Source: an uncultured Bacilli bacterium (GTDB lineage: Bacteria; Bacillota_I; Bacilli_A; RFN20; CAG-631). From it: a stretch of DNA of 55,634 bases. The stretch spans positions 1 to 55,634 of the forward strand of contig CAKPZU010000002.1 of NCBI GenBank assembly GCA_934215405.1, written 5' to 3'. A model generated the notes under the pieces. The model was not told the origin of the DNA, did no database searches, and saw nothing but the letters and a program-made list of their open reading frames with translations. A program made the translations under genes and the position numbers. How positions within the stretch are numbered: the first letter of the stretch is position 1; each line of letters opens with the position of its first letter. Shown here one piece after another: positions 28,782 to 38,179 of this stretch.

Positions 28782-29627
28782 CTAACCATCTATTTTAGCT
28801 AAAATATTTTGAAGATATATTATTGTATCTTTAATATCTTTTTTTTGTTGTTCACCTGAAATTTCTCTTTCAATAGTTAAAGGACCACGATAATTAAATG
28901 AATGTAGCTTTCTAATAATATATTCAAAGTTTACTCTTCCAGTTCCAACCTTGTATTCCATTCCTAAATTATCACCATTTGTTGGATAATCACCATCTTT
29001 AACATGCATACCTACAACATATTGTCCAAATACATCAACAGCATCCATTGGATTTCCTTTTCCATATAATAATAGGTTGGCTGGATCTAAATTAATCTTT
29101 AAATTATCTAAGCCTCTTTTAGAAATGTCTTGAATTGCTCTTAAAATAGTAGTTGGTGTTTCTTGTCCTGTTTCAAAGCAAAAGTCAATATTATATTGCT
29201 TAGCATAGCTACATAAATCATATAAGCAATCTAAAATTTCATGATATTCGATAGTACTTGGATTTTCAGGCATAAAGCCCATATGAGTTGTTACTGTTTT
29301 TACATTTAGCATATTAGCAAAATCAATAACCTTCTTTAAGCCTTCCTTTCTTTCCTCTCTCCACTCCTTTGGTACTAAGCCAATTGTTTGTGGGCCAGAA
29401 ACAAAGTCCCAAACGGTTGGTCCTACAACCCAGCCTCCCCATAAGCCAGAAATTGTATATTTATCCTTAAACATTTCTTTGATTTTTAAAGCATTTTCCT
29501 TTGTACATAGTGGTACATTCCAGCAGCTCATTTGAATTTCACTTAAACCAATTTCATCAAGTTTTGCTGTTCCATTTGCTAAAATATCATCAATAGCTTC
29601 AATAATTCCTATTTTTAAATTATACAT
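28782..29627 (-). CDS. sugar phosphate isomerase/epimerase (xylose isomerase-like TIM barrel)
   Basis: 281 aa with conserved E/H/D metal-ligand pattern segments (CFETGQE, MHVKDG, TIERE). First gene of the sugar operon. Confidence 0.65.
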   Translation of the reverse strand: MYNLKIGIIEAIDDILANGTAKLDEIGLSEIQMSCWNVPLCTKENALKIKEMFKDKYTISGLWGGWVVGPTVWDFVSGPQTIGLVPKEWREERKEGLKKVIDFANMLNVKTVTTHMGFMPENPSTIEYHEILDCLYDLCSYAKQYNIDFCFETGQETPTTILRAIQDISKRGLDNLKINLDPANLLLYGKGNPMDAVDVFGQYVVGMHVKDGDYPTNGDNLGMEYKVGTGRVNFEYIIRKLHSFNYRGPLTIEREISGEQQKKDIKDTIIYLQNILAKIDG

Positions 29628-29727
29628 AACTAATCTCCTTATTTTATTTAACTAAAATATACCACAATAGGATTTTATTAACAATATCATTGTTAATTAT
29701 AATTATGCTAAAATTAATGAATAAATT

Positions 29728-29757
29728 AAAAAGCAGATTATTATGTACCTGCTTTTT
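29728..29757 (-). terminator. terminator after the DUF1540 gene
   Basis: AAAAAGCAG-12 nt loop-CTGCTTTTT, with T runs on both strands. Confidence 0.6.
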
Positions 29758-29761
29758 TCGG

Positions 29762-30049
29762 TTATTTTTTTCTATAAGTTGAACACCATGCATCAGAATC
29801 TATTTTAACTTCACTGGCTTTACAGCAGTTATCATTATTATAATAGCAAGATTCCTCATTACAATTTATTGCTGTCTCCATATCACTATAGTCAGGATAT
29901 TTTTCACTTGCAAATTCTTCATTTACATCGCTATTTCTTCTTTGATATGAAGCACATATAGCATCATCATCTAAAACTATTGATTGCTTTGTGCAAGACA
30001 TACAACAATTATGTTTACAGCTTCTTTCATTACATTTTAATTTACTCAT
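29762..30049 (-). CDS. DUF1540 domain protein (two Cys-rich repeats)
   Basis: There are two copies of the C-x-x-x-x-C-x-H/Y-N ... C-x-A ... C-x-T/S-Y pattern: KCNERSCKHNCC...ICASYQ and NCNEESCYYNNDNCC...WCSTYR. Confidence 0.68.
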   Translation of the reverse strand: MSKLKCNERSCKHNCCMSCTKQSIVLDDDAICASYQRRNSDVNEEFASEKYPDYSDMETAINCNEESCYYNNDNCCKASEVKIDSDAWCSTYRKK

Positions 30050-30094
30050 ACTTTGCCTCCTAAAAATAGTATGGAGTAAATTATCTATTTTATA

Positions 30095-31762
30095 CTAAAA
30101 TATTCCTACAGAATTTCCATTTTCATCTAAATCAATTTTTAAAGCTGCTGGAGATTTTGGAAGCCCTGGCATTGTCATTATTTTTCCAGTAACTGCCACT
30201 AAAAAGCCAGCTCCAATTGAAGGTGTTATTTCTCTTACATGAATAGTAAAATCTCTTGGTCTTCCAAATAAAGTAGGATCATCTGATAATGATGCAGGAG
30301 TTTTAGCAATACATATTGCAAGCTTATCCCAGCCATATTCCTTATAGGCTTTTATTTGTTCTATCGCAAGAGGAGATAGCTCAACATTTTTGGCACCATA
30401 AACGATACTAGCCACCTTATTAAGCTTTTCTTCAATTGAATCATTTAAATCATAAATTTGCTTAAAATCATTTGGCTCATTAACGAGCTTTAATACATGA
30501 CGTGCTAAATCTATTCCACCATTTCCACCATTTTCCCAAACTGATGATAATTCGATAGGATAATTATTTTTTAAGCACCAGTCGTATAAGGCTTTAACTT
30601 CCGCATCACTATCTGTTGGAAATTTATTAATAGCAATAACAAATGGTAATTTAAAGGCTTGTATAGTCTCTATATGCTTTTGTAAATTACATGTACCTTT
30701 AAGCATAGCTTCAACATTTTCTTCATTTAAATTATCCTTTGTAACTCCACCATGATATTTTAAAGCTCTAATAGTAGCAACTAATACCACAGCACTTGGC
30801 TTAATATTAGCAACCCTACATTTTATATCAAAAAACTTTTCAGCTCCTAAATCTGCTCCAAAGCCAGCTTCAGTAACAACATATTTACTTAAATGCATTC
30901 CCATTTTTGTGGCAACAATTGAATTACATCCATGAGCAATATTAGCAAAAGGTCCACCATGAATTAATACAGGTCCTCCTTCAAGCGTTTGTACTAAATT
31001 AGGCTTAAAGGCATCCTTTAATAATAAAGTAATACAGCCTCCAACCTTTAAATCCTTAACAGTAACTGGCTTTTTATCATATGTATAGCCAATTACAATT
31101 CTATCGATTCTATTTCTTAAATCCTTATAATCTGTAGCTAAGCATAAAATAGCCATTATTTCACTAGCAACAGTAATATTAAAGCCATCCTTACGAGGAA
31201 TTCCATCAAATTTTGAGCCCTTTCCAATTTCAATAAACCTTAAAGCACGATCGTTTAAATCTAAACAACGCTTAAATGTAATATTATTAGGGTCTATATT
31301 TAATTCATTTCCTTGATAAATGTGATTATCTATAATTGCACAAATAGCATTGTTAGCTGTAGTTATAGCATGGATATCACCAGTAAAATGGAGATTTATT
31401 TCATCCATAGGCATAACTTGCGCATATCCGCCACCTGCTGCTCCACCTTTAATTCCCATAACTGGGCCTAAAGATGGCTCCCTTAATACACAAATAGCAT
31501 CTTCATTCATTTTATGTAAAGCTTCCGCTAAACCAATGCAAGTTGTAGTTTTACCCTCTCCTGCTGGAGTTGGAGTAATCGCTGTAACTAAAATAACCTT
31601 ACCATTTTTTGACGGCCTTTTAAAAACATCAAAATTAATTTTTGCTTTGTATTTACCATAGCAATCATACTCGCCTTCAGTTAAATCTAGTTTTTTAGCA
31701 ATTTCATTAATGTTTTTCATTTTTGCTTCTTGAGCAATTTGTAAATCACTTTTATATTCCAT
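30095..31762 (-). CDS. fhs: formate--tetrahydrofolate ligase
   Basis: The full-length 555-aa protein carries the PTPAGEGKTTTCIGL P-loop and family-typical sequence throughout. The ATG abuts the yfhO stop codon. Confidence 0.95.
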   Translation of the reverse strand: MEYKSDLQIAQEAKMKNINEIAKKLDLTEGEYDCYGKYKAKINFDVFKRPSKNGKVILVTAITPTPAGEGKTTTCIGLAEALHKMNEDAICVLREPSLGPVMGIKGGAAGGGYAQVMPMDEINLHFTGDIHAITTANNAICAIIDNHIYQGNELNIDPNNITFKRCLDLNDRALRFIEIGKGSKFDGIPRKDGFNITVASEIMAILCLATDYKDLRNRIDRIVIGYTYDKKPVTVKDLKVGGCITLLLKDAFKPNLVQTLEGGPVLIHGGPFANIAHGCNSIVATKMGMHLSKYVVTEAGFGADLGAEKFFDIKCRVANIKPSAVVLVATIRALKYHGGVTKDNLNEENVEAMLKGTCNLQKHIETIQAFKLPFVIAINKFPTDSDAEVKALYDWCLKNNYPIELSSVWENGGNGGIDLARHVLKLVNEPNDFKQIYDLNDSIEEKLNKVASIVYGAKNVELSPLAIEQIKAYKEYGWDKLAICIAKTPASLSDDPTLFGRPRDFTIHVREITPSIGAGFLVAVTGKIMTMPGLPKSPAALKIDLDENGNSVGIF

Positions 31763-34700
31763 CTATTTTCCTCCTTTTTTAAAGATATTCTTTATTTTTT
31801 TAATTAATGTATTTATTTTATTATTAAAATCACTTATTTCTTCCTTTTCTATTTCTTCTTGCTTTAAATTGTATTTTTCATTTATTAATCTTTCGTTTGC
31901 TAATATGTCTAATGTCCTTTTTTTATAAATATAGCATAAAGCGATTAGTAATAAAATGCCACTGCCTGTAAAAATTAATCCTTCCTTTAGCTTTGGAGTA
32001 AAATATTTTAATGAATAGTTAGCAGTGCCACTTTTCACAACAAATCCTATAAATCCACCATTAACATTAAATATTTCTTGTTTTTCTCCATTAGCATATA
32101 ATGTCCAACCATCATCATAAGGAATATTTGTAACACCAATTCTATTTTCAGTTTCTTCGCTTGTAAAGGTAAATGTATTCTTTTTATATTTAACATCTTT
32201 AAATAAATGTTTATTAACCTCATCTTGCCTTGCTTGAATTGCTTTTTGTGAGCAATATGTTATGTTAATATCACTACTTAAAGATCCATTCAAAAATACC
32301 TTGTCAAACGTTGTGTCTGAAAGAAATTCTATTACTATTTTATCAAATGGCTGGTCAATATAAAAGCCTCTTTGTAATTTCCATTCGTAATTTACCTTAC
32401 TTAAAGAGTTGTTACTATGCATATGCGCATCTTGCGTTATTAGTTTATCTCCATTATAAATACTAATTAAAGTCTTTGGCCCTAATTTGAAAGGAATATT
32501 TATAAAATATTGATTTGCTGATGAAGCATCACTGCATGGTTTCTCCTTACCATCCTTTAATTTTAAAATTAATTGATCACCAAATCTTTTCTTATCCTCC
32601 CAACGTTTATGGAAAAATTGTGAATAAGAAGGCAAAATACTTGATATTTCCTTTTGGGTAAAACCATTACTAGTTAATTTATATTCATGGCGCTTATAAT
32701 CTTTTTCCTTAGAATAATCTTCACGTGGAGAAAAATACAAATCAAAATTAGATTGATAAAATGTTTTATAGGTTGTTTGATAACTACTAATACTTTTAAT
32801 ATTATCATAATCCTTGATTGCTTCTACTCCATCATCTAATAAAATAGCATACTTACTATATAACTCTTCATATAGTGTTGCAACACTTCCGGTTCCAGCG
32901 CTTGATGATTTTATATAACTATCTAAAGTATATCCAATTCCTATAAATTGTTCATTAATATAAACATCATAATTATCATTGCTCTTATATAGTTTGTAAT
33001 TCCATCCTAAATTTAAATTATATTCTTGCTTTTCTTCATCACTTCTTGTTCGACCATCAAAATATACTGTTCTATCGCGATAAGACTCATTATTATCATT
33101 GTTTATATCATCCTTATCAATTACATAGTATTTTGTTCCAATATATTGATCTAGCCAATACCTTTTTTCGTGATTACCCATAGTCCAACCACCGCCATAA
33201 GCCATTCTTGAGCGATTCTTAAATGTATCAAGATTAAAATTATATGTTGATGAAAAAGTTGAAGCACCATTATAGTTTAATTGTGTTGGTAAAGTCATTG
33301 TAACTCTTGTTGCTTCAGTATTCATTATTCTATAAAAGCTATCATCTTCATCTTTAACTTCCTTAATAATATTTTTTAAATCTGTATAATCTGGCTGTGA
33401 CAAATAATAAGTATTCCATTTAGCATAGCCTTTGTTTTCAATAGTAATTAAAATTGAAGCTCCAACTTCAATAATTACAAAGAATGTCATTACCTTTTTA
33501 ACAACTCCTGCTTTAAATATTTTAAAGCGATAGAAAAACCACACAATTGCCATAAAGACTAATTCAGCAATCATAATTAAAAACATTTCATTGATTTTAG
33601 TCCCAGGAATATAGTTATTATATGGTAAATGCCCACTTTTTTTAGAAAGAATAAAAGCAATTAAAGCAAATGTATAATTAAGAATTAAATTGATTGTAAC
33701 AAACCTTCTATCAACATTTTCATATTTATCAAGGGTAGGAATAATAAAGATAATTCCTAAAATGACAATCCAAAACTGCCATCTTCCATACAAGCCTGTA
33801 AAAGCAAAGGCCATATGATAAGTAAATGGAATAAATGGTAGTAATAGACATACAATCACTCCAAAAATAGCCCATGGCCTTTTACTTTTTATTACATTAT
33901 AAATACTTGGTACTAAAAGCATTGTTAAAGGTGTTGTTATAAAAAAGCCACCTAAGGTATTATCTAAAGCTACATTATCAAACATGACATTATCCCAACA
34001 ACTAGTATTCATAAAAATCCAGTTTGATAAAATATACCCAATATTGTTTTTTCCAGGGACTGTCATATTTGAATATGATCTATCATTCCATATAAAAATT
34101 TTAGCAAATAAATCATCTAAGTTTTCAACACTTAAAATATCTTTTATAGATTTTGCTTCTCCAAGCACTAGTTTTCCATCTATCTTACTAGGATTTTTAA
34201 AAATTGTTGATAAAATTCCAATTAAATAATTAACCCCTGTTTGTGTTCTATTAGTTGTTTTAATTACCTCAAGGGATGGAAGCAAGCAAATTGCTGCCAT
34301 CATTACGCCAACTAATGAAAAAGCAATACCCTGTAATAATACACCCCATCTGACTTTAGCACTATAGCCTCTTTTTTTATTAATTCCATAAATATATATC
34401 CAACGATAAATAGCATAAAATGCTCCAAATATACAAATGTTAACTAAAAAGAAATAGTTAGACATTCCACATAAAAATATAGATATTGTTAAGAGCCATC
34501 CTTTTCTTTCCTTTAAGCACTTTTCTATTCCTATAAAGAATAAAGGGAAAAAGGCAATAATATCGCCAAAATGGAACCATAAATAAAATAATGAAAAGCC
34601 TGAGAAAGCATAAATCAAACCACCAACTCTAGATATTTTATAGCTTACGCCAAAATACTTTTTTAGTAATATATACATAAAGAAGCCACCCAAAGCAAAT

Positions 34701-35107
34701 TTAAATACCATATGGAAGAAAATGCCTTGATATAATAATTTTTCTGGCCATAAACAAAGTAAATAAAATAAAGGTGAAAAAACATAATAAAAGCTTTGAG
34801 TTCCTAAATAGTTTGCTCCTAAGTAATTCGTAAAATCATACAAAGGATATTCACCAGTTTTTATAAAATTCCAAAACACATAATATCCTTGAGAATAAAA
34901 CGCATATGTTTGTAGCGTGTAATCACCAGTCATTGGTATAGTAAAATGATTAGTAATAGCAATTATTGAAAAGAAAAATAAACCAATTAAATAAATATAG
35001 AAAAAGGCCCTTACATTTTCATTATTATAAGCCTTAATTGCTAGTTCCTTTATTTTTTCAAAAAGATTTACCATCACATTTTTAATTTTATCTATTATCT
35101 TTTGCAT
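31763..35107 (-). CDS. YfhO-family polytopic membrane protein (GT-C-like glycosyltransferase) with long extracytoplasmic C-terminal region
   Basis: 1114 aa with more than 12 N-terminal TM helices with YfhO-like character. A large soluble region follows, then a final TM helix and a Lys-rich tail. Confidence 0.75.
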   Translation of the reverse strand: MQKIIDKIKNVMVNLFEKIKELAIKAYNNENVRAFFYIYLIGLFFFSIIAITNHFTIPMTGDYTLQTYAFYSQGYYVFWNFIKTGEYPLYDFTNYLGANYLGTQSFYYVFSPLFYLLCLWPEKLLYQGIFFHMVFKFALGGFFMYILLKKYFGVSYKISRVGGLIYAFSGFSLFYLWFHFGDIIAFFPLFFIGIEKCLKERKGWLLTISIFLCGMSNYFFLVNICIFGAFYAIYRWIYIYGINKKRGYSAKVRWGVLLQGIAFSLVGVMMAAICLLPSLEVIKTTNRTQTGVNYLIGILSTIFKNPSKIDGKLVLGEAKSIKDILSVENLDDLFAKIFIWNDRSYSNMTVPGKNNIGYILSNWIFMNTSCWDNVMFDNVALDNTLGGFFITTPLTMLLVPSIYNVIKSKRPWAIFGVIVCLLLPFIPFTYHMAFAFTGLYGRWQFWIVILGIIFIIPTLDKYENVDRRFVTINLILNYTFALIAFILSKKSGHLPYNNYIPGTKINEMFLIMIAELVFMAIVWFFYRFKIFKAGVVKKVMTFFVIIEVGASILITIENKGYAKWNTYYLSQPDYTDLKNIIKEVKDEDDSFYRIMNTEATRVTMTLPTQLNYNGASTFSSTYNFNLDTFKNRSRMAYGGGWTMGNHEKRYWLDQYIGTKYYVIDKDDINNDNNESYRDRTVYFDGRTRSDEEKQEYNLNLGWNYKLYKSNDNYDVYINEQFIGIGYTLDSYIKSSSAGTGSVATLYEELYSKYAILLDDGVEAIKDYDNIKSISSYQTTYKTFYQSNFDLYFSPREDYSKEKDYKRHEYKLTSNGFTQKEISSILPSYSQFFHKRWEDKKRFGDQLILKLKDGKEKPCSDASSANQYFINIPFKLGPKTLISIYNGDKLITQDAHMHSNNSLSKVNYEWKLQRGFYIDQPFDKIVIEFLSDTTFDKVFLNGSLSSDINITYCSQKAIQARQDEVNKHLFKDVKYKKNTFTFTSEETENRIGVTNIPYDDGWTLYANGEKQEIFNVNGGFIGFVVKSGTANYSLKYFTPKLKEGLIFTGSGILLLIALCYIYKKRTLDILANERLINEKYNLKQEEIEKEEISDFNNKINTLIKKIKNIFKKGGK

Positions 35108-35256
35108 TGTTACTACCCCTTTAATATGCCTTTCCTATATTATACACATTTTAAATTTTTTTTTACACCATATAAATATTATAATATTTATTTATAATCA
35201 TTTGCTCATATTAGTAAAATATCATATAATTATATTAACACAAGGAGGATTTAACT

Positions 35257-36195
35257 ATGAGTAAGTTAATTTCTATAATTGTTCCATGCTTTAATGAACA
35301 AGAAGCCCTACCAATTTTTTATGAAACCATTATTCCTTATTTAAATAGACTAAATACTGATTATGAAATATTATTTATTGATGATGGTTCAAAAGATAAT
35401 ACGCCAAATATTATAAAAGATATTGCAACTAATGATAAAAATATTAAATATATTATTTTTTCAAGAAACTTTGGCAAGGAGGCAGCAATGTATGCAGGAT
35501 TAAAAAATAGCAAAGGTGATTATGTTGCTGTTATGGATGTTGATTTACAAGACCCTCCAGAAAAACTTCTTGAAATGTATGACATTCTTGAAAATGAAGA
35601 CTATGATTGTGTAGCAACAAGAAGAGTAACTAGAAAAGGTGAACCAAAAATAAGATCATTCTTTGCTAGACAATTTTATAGATTAATTAATAAAATTTCC
35701 CAAACTGAAATAGTTGATGGTGCTCGCGATTATCGATTAATGAAAAGATGTATGGTTGATGCTATTTTAAAAATGAGTGAATATAATCGCTTCTCTAAAG
35801 GTATTTTTAGTTTTGTTGGCTTTAAAACAAAATGGCTTGAATATGAAAATATTCAAAGATGCGCTGGAGTTACTAAATGGAGCTTTAAAAAGCTATTTAT
35901 TTATGCAATTGAAGGAATTATAGCCTTTACCCTAGCACCACTTTATTTTATTATAAAGCTAGGATTATTCTTATTAGCTGCTGACTTTATCGCTTTATTA
36001 ACATTTATAGTTTTAGCAATTTGTAATATAAATTGCTTTAAAAGCTATGTCATATTAATTTTATGCTTAGCCTTCTTTACTGCAATTTTATTAATTTGTT
36101 TAGGAGTTGTTGCTTTATATCAAGCTAAAATTTATAGTGAAGTAAAAAATAGACCAATTTATATAGGAAAAGAGACAAATATAGAAAATGATTAA
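35257..36195 (+). CDS. family 2 glycosyltransferase, CsbB/GtrB-like polyprenol-phosphate sugar transferase
   Basis: IIVPCFNE, IDDGSKDNT and DVDLQDPPE motifs plus two C-terminal TM helices. The RBS AAGGAGG is upstream. Confidence 0.85.
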   Translation: MSKLISIIVPCFNEQEALPIFYETIIPYLNRLNTDYEILFIDDGSKDNTPNIIKDIATNDKNIKYIIFSRNFGKEAAMYAGLKNSKGDYVAVMDVDLQDPPEKLLEMYDILENEDYDCVATRRVTRKGEPKIRSFFARQFYRLINKISQTEIVDGARDYRLMKRCMVDAILKMSEYNRFSKGIFSFVGFKTKWLEYENIQRCAGVTKWSFKKLFIYAIEGIIAFTLAPLYFIIKLGLFLLAADFIALLTFIVLAICNINCFKSYVILILCLAFFTAILLICLGVVALYQAKIYSEVKNRPIYIGKETNIEND

Positions 36196-37402
36196 GTTCT
36201 TAGTAAAAAAATTTATAAAAAATTATGATGATGTTGAAAATGAATTAGTCCGTGAAAAATATGGCGTTTTAGGTGGAGTACTTGGCATTATTTGTAATCT
36301 ACTGTTATTTATTATTAAATTAGTAATAGGATTATTAGTCAATGCTATTGCTATCGTTTCTGATGCCTTTAATAATTTATCTGATTCTTTTTCTTCAATA
36401 GTTAGTGTAATATCAGCTAAGCTTTCAAATAAAAAGCCTGATAAGGAGCATCCATTTGGTCATGGTAGAATTGAGTATGTATCTACCCTTATAGTAGCTA
36501 TGATTATAGTTATCGTTGGCTTTGAGCTATTTATTACATCAGCGAAAAAAATACTTATTGGTATTCATTTAATTGATGGAATAATCGATACGTTAGCAAC
36601 TGGACCTTCTTTAATAATTTCAATAATTATTTTGGTTTTATCTTTATTTGTTAAGCTTTGGATGTATTATTATAATAAATATTTAGGAAATAAAATTAAT
36701 TCATCTATTTTAAAGGCTACTGCCGCTGATAGTATTTCTGATGTTTTAACATCCTTATCTATTATATTTGCAACCCTTATTGGCGGATTATTGTTAAAGG
36801 ATAATTATTTTTATTTAGATGGAGGAATAGGTATAGTAATTGCTATAATTATTTGTATAAATGGCTTTAAAATAGCTATTAATACAATTAGCGATTTACT
36901 TGGAAAGCCAGCTAGTAAGGAAGATATTGAAAAAATTAAAAATATTGTTTTAGCTAAAAAAGAAATAATTGGAATTCACGATTTAATGGTCCATAATTAT
37001 GGTGCTGGCAGAAAATTTGCTTCAGTACATGCTGAGGTTAATTCGAATTCCAATTTTATGGAAATACATGAAATAATTGATGAACTTGAACAAAAATGCT
37101 ATGAAAAAACACATATTGAGCTTGTTATTCATTTAGACCCAATTGATCTTGACTCAAAAGAGGTACAAGAAGCAAATAAGGTTATTGCTAATGTAATTGA
37201 AAAATATAGTGGTGTTTCCTATCATGATTTAAGAATAACAAATGGTAAGGAAAATATTAATGTTATATTTGATATTATTTTTCCATTCAATTATAAAATG
37301 GATGAAATTAAATATATACTTGATGAAATAAAAAAAGACGTAAAAAAAATCAATTCTAAGTACACCCTTGTAATTAGAATTGATCGTCCATTTGATAGTT
37401 AA
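36188..37402 (+). CDS. cation diffusion facilitator (CDF) family transporter
   Basis: TM helices with DAFNNLSD and HPFGHGRIEY motifs, and a C-terminal cytoplasmic domain (IHDLMVHNYG). It overlaps the GT2 gene by 8 nt. Confidence 0.85.
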   Translation: MIKFLVKKFIKNYDDVENELVREKYGVLGGVLGIICNLLLFIIKLVIGLLVNAIAIVSDAFNNLSDSFSSIVSVISAKLSNKKPDKEHPFGHGRIEYVSTLIVAMIIVIVGFELFITSAKKILIGIHLIDGIIDTLATGPSLIISIIILVLSLFVKLWMYYYNKYLGNKINSSILKATAADSISDVLTSLSIIFATLIGGLLLKDNYFYLDGGIGIVIAIIICINGFKIAINTISDLLGKPASKEDIEKIKNIVLAKKEIIGIHDLMVHNYGAGRKFASVHAEVNSNSNFMEIHEIIDELEQKCYEKTHIELVIHLDPIDLDSKEVQEANKVIANVIEKYSGVSYHDLRITNGKENINVIFDIIFPFNYKMDEIKYILDEIKKDVKKINSKYTLVIRIDRPFDS

Positions 37403-38109
37403 TTATTTTCTATTTTCTTACTTTTTATTATAAATGGTAAATGTAATAATGTCATTAAAACCATACCTGTTAAGACAAGTGATAAAAAGTAAATATACCA
37501 GCCATGATTTAAATTTAATATTGGTAAGCCATCTGCTGGTGGCCTTACTACAAAGAAAAAATTTGTATCATATATTTTTAAAGCGCCATTTCCCCATATC
37601 ATAATAAAGGCTAATGAAAGCAATGCTATAACATTTCTAAAATATGTTCTTAAATCTAAGCATACTTGCTTTGAAATAATTAAATATAAAGCATACCAAA
37701 CTAATATAGCATGGTAAATAAAGCATTGATATACCTCAGGATCTTTAAATGATACTCCACTTGTAGCAATTAATATAGCAAGTGTTCCTCCAATTATACC
37801 AATTGGTACAACAAAGCTTATTAGCTTATCCTTATATTTATCATTTTTAGAAAAAGCAATATAAAATATAACAAATATCAAAATAGAGCATAAATGAAGT
37901 GGTAATGCCGCAGGATCAATTACCATTCCTTTAGTAGTGCTGTCTATCATATGAGTTAATATTTTACTAATTTCACTAATTAATGCTACTATTGCCATAA
38001 TATATGAAGCAACCTTAATAGAAAATTTCTTCTTTAAAGCAACAAGTAATAATACAATAATTAATACTGCACAAATACCAAGCCAAATAAAATGATTAGT
38101 TGTAAACAT
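37399..38109 (-). CDS. integral membrane protein (possibly YwaF/TIGR02206-like)
   Basis: 236 aa with about 7 hydrophobic helices. The family assignment is from memory only. Its stop codon overlaps the convergent CDF stop. Confidence 0.5.
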   Translation of the reverse strand: MFTTNHFIWLGICAVLIIVLLLVALKKKFSIKVASYIMAIVALISEISKILTHMIDSTTKGMVIDPAALPLHLCSILIFVIFYIAFSKNDKYKDKLISFVVPIGIIGGTLAILIATSGVSFKDPEVYQCFIYHAILVWYALYLIISKQVCLDLRTYFRNVIALLSLAFIMIWGNGALKIYDTNFFFVVRPPADGLPILNLNHGWYIYFLSLVLTGMVLMTLLHLPFIIKSKKIENN

Positions 38110-38134
38110 AAATAGTCTCCTAAAATTTAAAATA

Positions 38135-38161
38135 AAAGAAAGATTTTTAACGCCTTTCTTT
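38135..38161 (-). terminator. possible terminator closing the rex-to-hydrogenase operon
   Basis: The stem aaagaaag (38135-38142) pairs with ctttcttt (38154-38161). On the minus strand it is followed by TTTTATTTTAAATTTT. The stem is AT-rich and weak. Confidence 0.4.
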
Positions 38162-38179
38162 TATTTTAATATTATTATT

